Source: Owenia fusiformis
Lineage: Eukaryota
Length of the DNA stretch: 64,000 nt
Direction: 5' to 3'
Assembly (NCBI GenBank): GCA_903813345.2
Contig: CAIIXF020000001.1
Location: 3,844,001 to 3,908,000 of the forward strand
In this document: piece after piece, positions 12,701 to 23,499 of the stretch
Position numbering within the stretch: the first letter of the stretch is position 1
Layout of the letters: every line of letters begins with the position of its first letter
Translations under genes and position numbers: made by a program
Notes under the pieces: generated by a model
The model's input: only the letters and a program-made list of their open reading frames with translations
What the model was told of the DNA's origin: nothing
Databases searched by the model: none

Positions 12701-13449
12701 TGTCTGTTGATGGTATAGATGATTTTACAAAAAGTGAAATATTTAAATATATAGATTTATGGTGTCTCTTATTTACAGCCTATTTACACTGGTCCTTCAT
12801 TTGGTTTTGGTAGTTGTGACTTGCACAGTGCCCAATAATAAATATTTCATAAATAGTTCCAGTCCATGGAACCCAAACATAACAGTCTTCTCCTGACATG
12901 TCTGATCCAGTACTTCACTAGACCAACATATCGGGAAATAGCCAACCCAAATATTAGCACACAGCTCTGTCTTTGCTTGCCTGGCATGTTATAAACACAC
13001 CCGTCCCTGTCTCTGATTTGCACTTGTCCTTAGGAATATAAGCTCACAACAGCTAACATGTATATATATATAAATATATATCAACACCCACAATGGAATA
13101 TAATAACAGATGTAGACTAAGAGTACAGCACACTTACTAGAATAAGTAGTCATAAAACATCTATATACATCCAAGTCTAATAAATATATTGCCATCTTCG
13201 ACCATAGTCAAGTGTCACATCATTAGGAATTTCACAATGTGTAGCACATGTCCATAGAATATACGTCCATCACTGCATTTATGTTTGACTAACCCTCTTC
13301 ATCCCATAGCGTTAATAAATAGCACTGATTCGATATGTTTTCAGTGTCAATACAGTTATTAATAATAATACATTTTTTGGTTCATGGCATGGATGTTGTT
13401 TGGTTGTGATACCACTGTAGTTGTTGAAACTGAGTATGGCCTGGTTGCA

Positions 13450-14478
13450 TCATAGAGAGGGAACCAACGAGTATTCCACCCAATCTGTCGAGATCATCTC
13501 TGCTACCTCAGGGGTAGAGTAGTCAGGGAATTCGAAATGTGACCCTGAGCTAGATAAATTGTTATTGTTGGTAAAACTGCTGTTATTATTGTTGTTACTG
13601 CTGTTGTTGTTGTTATTGTTGTTTGGAATATCAAAAGCGAAATCAGACTCGGTTAGCTTACCTAGATCGAGGTTACATAGTTCATTCTGCCAGTTCTGAG
13701 GCAACTGGAGGATATCCGTTAGATTGTCCAGGTCAGTGAGTGAAGTAGAAGAGTTGTTGTTATCCTCCGAGATTGATGATGAGTGGCTGTGAGAGTAGAG
13801 ATCTTGGGGAGAGCACATGGGAGAACTGGTATCTGAATCGAACTGATCAGAGTCGGAGTAGAAGCTGGTGCTCTCTGGTGTGGCTGGTCCTTCTATGCTC
13901 GGACTGGAAGGAACTTTAGCGGGAGGGGTAAGCTGGCTGGATGAATACTGTACGTGCTTGCTTGATCGGATACTGTCCTTGAATTTCTTGTCGATAGTCA
14001 GTTTCAGCTTGAGACGGTTGGCCTGTACAGTGTCATAATTATTGTTCATATTGCGAACGGTTTTGTAAGATTTTCCACCGTGCTTCTTGGATTTGGCACT
14101 CTTGAAATGGTGGCTGTCTACTTTCGGGGTTGGCTTCACTTTCTTGCGTGGACGGTACTTGTAGTCTGGGTATTCCTGCATATGTAGAACTCTCAGACGT
14201 TCGGCTTCTCCAATGTATGGCTGGCGGGCAGTCTCGGAAAGAAGTTTCCATCGTTTTCCGAGTTGTTTAGAGATCTCAGCATTATGCATATCGGGCTGAA
14301 CTTCAGAGATCCTGCGACGTTCTATTTGGCTCCACACCATGAACGCATTCATCGGTCTCTTCACGTGAGCGGTGATTTTTTTGCACTGTGTAGCATCGCT
14401 GTACGGAGTCGATGTATTAGAGGCGATATTCATTGATCCAAAGACCGATCCACTGTCTCCGTTATTCGTCGGTAACAT
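13450..14478 (-). CDS. SoxC: SoxC-group (Sox4/11/12-like) HMG-box transcription factor, single coding exon, 342 aa from the first ATG
   Basis: HMG box [40 protein letters not shown]...[16 protein letters not shown], pre-[14 protein letters not shown] motif, and the SoxC-type C-terminal motif [22 protein letters not shown]. The ORF track starts at an upstream TTG (14490); the first ATG is at 14478. Confidence 0.96.
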   Translation of the reverse strand: MLPTNNGDSGSVFGSMNIASNTSTPYSDATQCKKITAHVKRPMNAFMVWSQIERRRISEVQPDMHNAEISKQLGKRWKLLSETARQPYIGEAERLRVLHMQEYPDYKYRPRKKVKPTPKVDSHHFKSAKSKKHGGKSYKTVRNMNNNYDTVQANRLKLKLTIDKKFKDSIRSSKHVQYSSSQLTPPAKVPSSPSIEGPATPESTSFYSDSDQFDSDTSSPMCSPQDLYSHSHSSSISEDNNNSSTSLTDLDNLTDILQLPQNWQNELCNLDLGKLTESDFAFDIPNNNNNNNSSNNNNNSSFTNNNNLSSSGSHFEFPDYSTPEVAEMISTDWVEYSLVPSL

Positions 14479-14624
14479 CTTGATTATCAACGCTAAGTCC
14501 TCGTTTGAATTGTCAATACATCAGCTGGTAAGTCCAACTTTTGTTGGAAAATGATCGAACTCGCAATTTTCGTGAATGTGTTTAGCGGAAGACTAGGGTA
14601 TATTTGATTCAACTCATGCTGTCG

Positions 14625-14760
14625 ACCTCTTTTTAACCCACGCGACGATTAACTTACAGAAGAGTGCAAACTGATCACTGATTGGCTAAATAAAGGGGCG
14701 GAGCTATCGACAGAATCAATGTCGCCTCTGATTGGCTAGCAAATTGTAAACAATCACATG
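14625..14760 (-). promoter_or_regulatory. Putative SoxC proximal promoter
   Basis: Two CCAAT boxes on the gene strand (ATTGG at 14681 and 14731, 50 bp apart), GC box GGGGCGGAG (14695-14703), TATA-like TTAAAAA (~14630-14636), CACGCG (14639-14644), and palindromic Sox pair ATTGT-AA-ACAAT (14743-14754). These lie 150-280 bp upstream of the ATG. Confidence 0.7.
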
Positions 14761-17479
14761 TGGGATACAGTAACGTGAATGCACTCATCCCTATGTGTCA
14801 GCTGGTTCACTTATCCATTATAAACATTTCCTTTTCGAAGATTTCAATAACGCATATAAGTCATCGCGTCTAAAGGCACTTTTAATACCCGATATCCTCA
14901 ATTGAAATAAGTAAACCAAACATTAAAAATCAAAACCACATTCATGTGAGTTCAATATTGCAATGGAGATTATAAATAATGATGACTGATTCCCTGTAGA
15001 TCGATGCCTTAGATTCAATTCATGCCCTAGATATTTTCCGGTCAAGGCAATGATGATACGCAATAACCGATTTTTCAGTCTAGCTTGGATCTAGTTCATA
15101 TAGCCTTTAGTTAAAGGTGCAATAATAGAAATGGTAAGTGCGTCATTGTTGTCTTGTCACTTTTTATTAATTTACCTATGCGCATGAGAGATGAGGACAG
15201 GTCACATGCTGATAAATCATTTACTCATCTCTGGATTAAACAATTTTGTTCCAAGTGTACTTCAAATTTGTTATTTATTAGACCCAGGTTTACTTTAAAG
15301 TGTTTGTTTATTGTTTGAGAGACCATGGATGGGATCGTGTATTCACTGATAACTGTCTGTTTGTATTTATGATATATCGGGTAGATTTTACTTTATTAAA
15401 TAGGAATCACACTTAAGAATCACATACATGTAAAAACATGTTTTAAAATTAATTTGTAATTTGTAAGACTATCAATCAAGTTTAAATTGTACATCGCGTA
15501 TTAAACTACATTAAGCAACATAGTCCCAAAATGTATGTGGAATACAAATATCCAGGGACAAATATAAAGTGAATGGATGGTATGGAGACACAAATACATT
15601 CACTTTTCATTAATTTTAATTACACTCGGCGATAAGTTGCGGAAAGTAAAGAGTCCAGAATAGATTGTGGGAAAAGTACTTAGACCAATTTTCACACAGT
15701 TAAACCGTACCACTTGACAGATTTGTCTCCATTGATACGAATGTACGACTCGTACTCCCCGGGGCCTGAGATGAGTCCCGTGTACCTTGGTGATGCCCGA
15801 CCGGTGTTCCCACCAAAATCAAAAAATGAAATTAAAGTTCAAGACACTCAAAAAGTGCATTTCACTTTTTCTACACTGGGAAAGTGCATTGATGCTTGAC
15901 ACTTCAGGAAGCAAGAATCTCAAAGTTAGGGATATCCTATATTGGTTTATCCTTAATCTATACATTAGTATTTGTTTTGATCATGAATTAGGTGTTTGTA
16001 AATAATTAAGTTATTTCCTTATCTATGCTAATAATAAAAGGATGTGACATGTCCGTACTAGAAAGCTATACTTACAGGTAAGTAACATTGGACAAACATT
16101 TCACAGCAGGGAGGTCAACGGTCCCTCGTCAACATCTAGGGAATAATGAGTAAACTACCTAAGGCCACGGAGATAAAAACAGATATACATTCATTATGAA
16201 AAACGAGATTTCGAAATTTTAAAATGACTCTGTTATCAAAATCCATGTCCCACATAATGAATATGTCTGATTATAAGAGGACGTCACAATCAAGTTATTA
16301 ATCTGAATGTCACACCACTCAGTGTCACATCAACGCGTTTTCCCAGTGTTTGACATCTAAATGTGACTGGTCAAAATGTCAAGGACGAAGTAACTCGTAC
16401 CCAGCATTGATACCTTTTATTGCCTTGGTCCAACTGGGCTCCTGTCTCCAGCATTAATTAGAGTCTTGGTGTGTCACTTAAATATACACACCTTACCAAA
16501 GTAGGCCTATGTTGAAATTAAACGTGTTGGGAGGGGGAGCACAACATAGCAATCTCAGTTATAATTTTGACAAAACGTTAATTGTTATTTCAATGAACAC
16601 CGAAATCCGTCAGCTCTGATTAGATTAGCTAAGTAGACCAGATGAACAAATTAATAACATGTGGTGGTCGAATTCTTCTCTTTTCTCATCCTAGAATCCG
16701 TTAACATGTTAAGCATCATCTCGAGCCCGGAATCTGGAGCAAGTAAAAACAACATAGAGTACACAATATGCCGATTTTGATTTATTTTCATGACTTTTCA
16801 AAATTCGAAATCTAGTCATAATCTCATTAACTTAAAACAATTTATTGTAAATGAAGTTAAAAATGTTAAATTCCGGGCATGTGAATATAAGTTCAGGGGA
16901 ACTTAAAGTTCTGTCAGTTTCCCGGTCGTTATCTGGTAATTACCTCTTCTTAATACCCCTCGGCCAATTTTGGTGATCTAGGGTGAGAAATTTGACCTGT
17001 AACAGACGTATAGGGAGAGGAAGTACAAGGGCTTGGTGCAAGACTATGCATTACCTTGACGATCGGGTCATGAAAGGTCAACGTGTATTTTGTATTGTAT
17101 CATTATGGTACCCTGGACAACTCTAAAGCACTCAAATGGGCAATTACTAACATCTTCAAAAAGGCCAAATCGAAACGCCACAATTATTGCTTTTACTTTT
17201 GCAACACGAATCAAAGTAACATCGCATACGAACTAGAGAAAATACATTTTCATTTGATACAAGAAGACCCTTTAAAATCTGTGTAAGATACTGTTAACAA
17301 TATCATAGTTTTCTATTCACAGTTTTCTCAATATTAAATCAGCAATATATGTAATACAAATCTCGGCATCACATCAGCTGCAATATGATTGCTTTGAAAT
17401 GCGTGCTATGAAAAATTGATGTGACCCCCCCCCCACATGATCACAATGCGTTCATAATACACCCAAGCCTCTACATAGC

Positions 17480-18415
17480 CGCGTGCATAGAGCGATCATC
17501 GATTATGTTTTATATTAATGTAAGATGACAATTAAATCATTATTTGACACCCAATATTAGCTTTTGACCATGAGGGCTAGTCTAAGACAGGTAATGAAAG
17601 GGGGGGGGGGGTTAACAGTCACCTCTAGAATGATTTTAACATGAGTGCTTGAAATATCAATATGAAATTAATCTATGTGACGTCAGAGGCAGGTGTCTTA
17701 ATGTCAATCAGTTTGGCCACGCGACCTACGGCAGCTGGCACGCGCCCCGGCCAATCAGATTTCAGAACAGTGTCATCTGCTCGTGGGCCTTCAATCTTTT
17801 GATGTGGAAATTACACTTAAAAACCCAGGATAATATTGGCTTGCAAATAAATTCGTTCGAACCTGTTTGTATAAGAGCGATAATATAATAGTTACGGCTT
17901 CACTTACATTATTTACAAAAATGCAACTGATTCTAGAGCAGGTGGTCAGCAGGCATGGGTCCAAAACAACCAATCAATGCCGGCAGCTTTGGAAAGGTGG
18001 TCACTGATTTAGACAATTCAAATAAGCTGTTAATCTTCCATAATTGCATTTGGTCCGTTCATTTTGAAAGAAAATTGCAACGGTGTCTCAATGGAATTAT
18101 CGAATCAACGCTGAGCAGAAGAGTCATCTGCCCCTTTGGCACGCGACACCACGAGATATTTAAAAAGAAGGAATTAGTCACTCAGCCTAGCATTTATAGC
18201 CCTTGCAGCATTAAATCACTAATATACTAACATATGAAAGCTGGATGAAAATTACGAATATTAAAACTTTTAAGAGTCAATACTAATACGACCAGTATTA
18301 AAATCTGTTATTTTTCTCCAGTTTTTCCCGTTTTGCAAGTTCACTTTTGCTTTATCGATGTCTAATTTTGCAAGATATTACAATATGACTCTTTTTACAT
18401 ATAATTATACGCGTG
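17480..18415. promoter_or_regulatory. Candidate neural-precursor enhancer (Hes + proneural bHLH site cluster)
   Basis: CACGCG x5, CACGAG x2, GCAGSTG x3, CATCTG x2, TGACGTCA and CCAAT in under 1 kb of apparently non-repetitive DNA upstream of SoxC. Confidence 0.6.
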
Positions 18416-19989
18416 CATGCTACTACTATATTGTAATCATTCTTAACGGCTTTCCAATTTCAGCTATCCATTTTCAAAGTAGATTGGTCTCAAATAAGAC
18501 AAATTAAAGACTAATTTCTCACACCATCTATTTGGCACAATCTGGGTTTTGAACTTATGCGCTACTATCCTCGTAATAAATGTTCATCATAATCGATGAG
18601 ATGCAAATTCGCCGAAAGATAACTTAAAGCGGGATTTTAAGTTTTTAACCTTGTTGTAATTTTAATTAAGCCCTTCATATTTTCAAATATAGCTTTTAGT
18701 CACGTACGTATATTTTAGTGTAGATAAACAAATACATTCTACAGCTAACATAAGATTTTAATTTCGCATCTTTACTCCTAATCTTTAGTCTTCGGGGTAT
18801 CATTGCTAATTATTGCATCATTGGATCCAGTCAGTTTATTGCTTTTCAATGTCATTTTTATATTAAGTAGAGTGAACGCTTGCAAATTTTTGTGTTTACA
18901 TAAAGTGTAAATAATGTTACATCAGTTTTATCATACATGATAGCCGCAAACTTACTAGGTAATAACAGATGGAGAAAAACCCAGCGGAGATGAGACCTAC
19001 CCCTCGCCAAGCTGTCAAAATATTATGAGTGAAATATATTAGTCTATGTACCATGGACAAAATACTGATAATTGATATATTCCAAAAAGCTGTAAGGGAC
19101 CAGGTAACTAATTGTGTCCACCTACGTCGTCTAACCTTCTGTCGTTTACTGTTATAGTTGATTTAAAAGCCAAGACAAGTATCTAAGAATGACAGATGGC
19201 TCAAAACTGAGTGTGACCTTTTGAAAAACGTACAGGGAATATATCCTTCAACTATTAAACTCTTAACTGCAAACTCGCATTGAGACATTCTTTTGGAAAT
19301 GCCCAAACTAAAATTTACACCTAAATGCAAATATAGGTTGAATGCAGTTGTGCGAAACAAACACTTTTTGAAAAGGTATGAATGCAGTGTATACAAAGAC
19401 TCTGGGTTTGATTTATTTTTGCTCTATGCATGTGTGAATAGTGAAGTGTGTGTTTCAAAGACTCCATTGGTGACCCCGGTATGGGGTGTGCAGGACGCGT
19501 GTATACTTATCTGGTAAACAAAAAACTGATTGAAGAAACAGTTAATTAATAGCCAGACTGATAACGCGTTCTGTCGCACTTTGAATCTTGGTAAACCCAT
19601 TCAGGTTTCAGCCATGTGAAATGACAAGGTCACCTCAGTTTTCAGAACGATGCAAACGGTGAACAAGAGTGATTACTAATAAAGGACTACAAACACAGAC
19701 AGATGGACAGACTGGCGGAAACCCAACGGGTTAATAAGAAGTAAATAAAGTAGGCCAATAAACGTGAAATTGAAAACGGTCAGAATGGCTACTGAGATTG
19801 ACCCAGCATCAGGTGTAGACTGCAGGTCTCTTATTAAATCATTCTGATACCCATAACTCATCACATGATTCTGTTTAGTTAACCCATCAGGAGAAATTAA
19901 AGCAATCCACTTGCATCTCTTCTCATAGTCTATTGCTTATTGAAAAACAGAAAGATATGATGAGAATGAGAAAGCTTTAAGTTACATGT

Positions 19990-20286
19990 CAGGGGCGGAT
20001 CCGGGAACCAACAAGGGGGGGCCCACATTGCAGGTCCGAGAAAAAAACGTCCCTAAAATCCCAAAGTGGGCCCAAATTTTGAAATTTTGAGGCCCATTTT
20101 CTTCAAAATTTGGCCTGAAATTAAAAAATAAGGCCTTAAAAGGCCCAGTGATGACCAAAAAGGCCCACTTTTTGGGGCCTGAAGGCCTTGTTTGGCCCAA
20201 AAAATTTTTTGGACCCAATTTTTTTTTTCTGGGCCCACCCAAGGGGGGGGGCGGGCCCCCAGGCCCCCCCCCCTAATCCGCCAGTG
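19990..20286 (-). mobile_element. GC-rich MITE, copy 2 (inverted relative to 3450-3778)
   Basis: CAGGGGCGGATCC...ATCCGCCAGTG; the body is the reverse complement of 3450-3778 with a few indels. The TSD is not clean. Confidence 0.85.
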
Positions 20287-21449
20287 TGTTACATAACATG
20301 ATGAGATGACATTGTTTTTCATAATATGAATTCATGCCTTACTAGTTTAACAGTTTGATATTCAATATTTAAAAATTCTTTCTTTTCTTCATCCTATGGA
20401 TAGTCTTGCTTCTTGATTTGGGATTCCCTGTTTTCTTTACCCACTTGTTTGTAGTCAAGTTCTGGGGGGGGGTCACAAGGGCTTGTAGCTAGACTATCCT
20501 AGGGAACGCAAATCTGATATAGATGTAATACATTAATCACCACTCTTATGTCTATCTGTATATGCATCATGCTCTGAAAAGACAGCATAAGCAAGACAAC
20601 ACTGAAGACTTTGACTCAGTACTCTCAAAGTCAAAGTTCTTCATTAGGTCAGGCCATGGTGCCAAAAAGACATGGCTACAGAGATTGAGCATTTTCCCAA
20701 GGGATATGAACAGAATGGAGAAAATATCAATAATATATTATGTGTAGTGACCAAATTGTGACCAATACTTTCGGCTTATTCATCCTAATGCCCATGATTC
20801 TGTATTATGCATCAATTATATGTCATCTCTGTGGCACCGTGAAATGCCATTAAGGTTCAATATTTCATGATTCCCTGACCATGTTTCCAAATTCCTCATA
20901 TGTTTTAATTACTTGAAATCCCTTTTTTCCCTTTCCTGACTTTGAATTCAGAGGGTCTGGCTATCTATGCCCTCAGGATGTGACATCCAATACAGACCTA
21001 ATTCTACCATAATGAACTAATTTGCTGTATCAGGGCACATTTCCTTTGAAAATAAATTAATTAGGTTACTGTTATATTAAGGAATTAACCCTACTCTCAC
21101 CCCTGTATAAATCCTAGGTCCTAGATAGACTCCTCATGTAAAGTACCACTGCTGAGTCTTTCCAATGGAGGTGACCTTGGCCAAAGAATGTTTTCGGAGT
21201 CCCCCTAAAAAATTTTAATCTTATTTTTAGGGCCTTAAATGTACCTTTTTGAGATAGTGAACATAATATGGAAAATGTATATCTATGACTAAATATATTC
21301 ATATTTTCAAAAAGGGCCCCAAATATTTGTGATATGTATGAGAAGGGGTCTTTCGTGTCCATTCTATTCATCCCAATTTATCTGGCCTTGTCCTTCCTTA
21401 TGACTTAGAACTTTGAACATATTGGCCATGGCATTTCCAATAGTTATCA

Positions 21450-21632
21450 AAAATGTCTTTTTTACAAGAATGGTGGCCATTTTGAATCGAGTGGCCATAT
21501 TGAAAATTCCTTCTTGAGAATGTGCCCTGTACCAAATCCATGAACTGGTATTTGACATATCACTTGGATAGATGAATGGATGGATGGCTGCTCTATATAA
21601 TGATGCTCAAACTTCATTTGGTGGGATTATTA
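21450..21632 (-). mobile_element. Truncated HINE-like relic of the 5884-7157 family
   Basis: GGCCATTTTGAA..GGCCATATTGAAAATTCCTTCTTGAG..ACTGGTATTTGA, a (GGAT)n tract, and a GGTGGGATTATT end. Confidence 0.55.
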
Positions 21633-21689
21633 GAGATGATACCAACATGGCTCACATTCAGTTTGCTGCAGGGGATTAATTTTCAATAA

Positions 21690-22114
21690 CCCAGATGCGA
21701 GTAGAAATAATCTTGATTTACGTCATTAAAAATTCAAAATTCAGTCAAAGTAATATCATATTTGAAATCTACATGTAAAATTACATCTAGAAATGTGGTT
21801 TTAAAAAGTGTTTATCATATTTGAAAATTAATTTTCTTTGAAAATGTGACTTCTAGCTCGGGGAGATTCCCCATAGACCCCATGCTATAAAATCACAAAA
21901 AATGAAATATATTTTCTTTTAGTGGACAGATAATATTTTGCCTTACTGGACATGTTTTCATTAGTATAAGTATCAGGCACATAAGGGGTGAAAATTGAGC
22001 CACTTAAATTGATAATATTCAAGTTTAAGGGAACTTTCTTATATACCTGCCATGTTAATTGACCCGAATCAGCCACCTGGTGGTGAAACTGGTAACTACC
22101 TACTCGCATTTGGG
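21690..22114. mobile_element. MITE with CCCA(G/A)ATGCGAGTAG TIRs flanked by TAA
   Basis: TAA|CCCAGATGCGAGTAG ... CTACTCGCATTTGGG|TAA. A degraded second copy is at ~51744-51969. Confidence 0.7.
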
Positions 22115-23499
22115 TAATTGACAACTACCAATACAGAATGACATAAAATGGTAATGTGCATTGTACTGGTATTAAAGTTTAACCATCTTTAAATATTGCT
22201 TTACCACATACACCAGGTTAATATTTATATTATGTACCATAAGGCATGGCATTGCATCACTCGCCATACTGGTATTGAAGTTTAACCATGTTAAATTATA
22301 CTGTGTATTGGACTGTAATTCATAAAGGGTTCCATAAAATAGTGCTGTGTACCATACTTATGTGACAAAATATGACCATTTGTGAAATTGCATGAAAAGT
22401 AGAGGAAAAATTAAAACAAACCCAGCATGGATGGTTTAGGTGGTCAATAACATGCAGCCAATACCTGTGTACCCAAATGCTTCTTTGACCTTTCAGCTGA
22501 CCTTGACCTTAGGAAATGTGGTATTGACATTAATAGTGTGGATTTATTAATCTATGTTAGTTAGTTAAAAGCTCAACATGAAAGAATTGTATTTTAAGAC
22601 TTTCATCTTTATTGAGTGATTGAGTTGATCATGATAGATTTCAGTGACTTTTCATAGTTCAAGGCCAAGGAATATACATGTGGTGAATGATGGTAATGGA
22701 ATACTATGCATACCATCTGATGGATTAACTTGGAATGTACACATCTCTTAATTGAATTTCTTAGCTGAAGTTGAGTAAATATATCACATGGTACATTTAT
22801 CAAATTTTGGAATAATTATTGACCCTGGACCTACTATCTCCTATCTACTTCAACAACAGCAGAAGTTGAAGTAAGGAAGGGGGGGGGGTAGTCTTGAGGC
22901 AAGGCTAAAATAATTTCACCTCTCTCTTGTGTTGTCATATAGCCCTACATTCTAAAGCCATGAGTAATATTGGTACAGCCCCTTTGATGACTATCATGCA
23001 TGTGTGATTATTATTCAATAGACGCCTAATATCAATACGAGAATTCTATATTATCATCTATCAAAAACTGAAAAAATATTGATTTTTTAGTGTCCAATAT
23101 CCATTTAATATCGATACCTTGGCTACAGCTTATGTTATATTTTGCTCCACCACAAGAAAGCTCATATGAGGCAAATATAGAAAATTTTCATTAATATTGT
23201 ACAAGCATATACATTTGGAGCTTCTCAATATCTTGACTTCTTCTTAGTATCTTTTTGAGCTCTATAAGGTTTAAATAGCTCATCTGCACTTTTACAAGGG
23301 GAGTCATTGCTTGGCATGAGGGAGCAGGAGAGGCAATTGTCTCACTAAAATTTTACAAAATAATTTTTTTCAATTGAAACAGTGAATGTGTAATGATAAT
23401 TAATTATATTGCCTGTAACTCAAATTTGCCTCACATATTTGAAAAGCCTCGGCAATTTGAATAACCTTGTCTATTTGAATTTGACTCACTAAATTAAAT

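Noticed and set aside
14039..14554. Overlapping and antisense ORFs within SoxC
   Set aside because: They are short shadow frames of GC-richer coding DNA.
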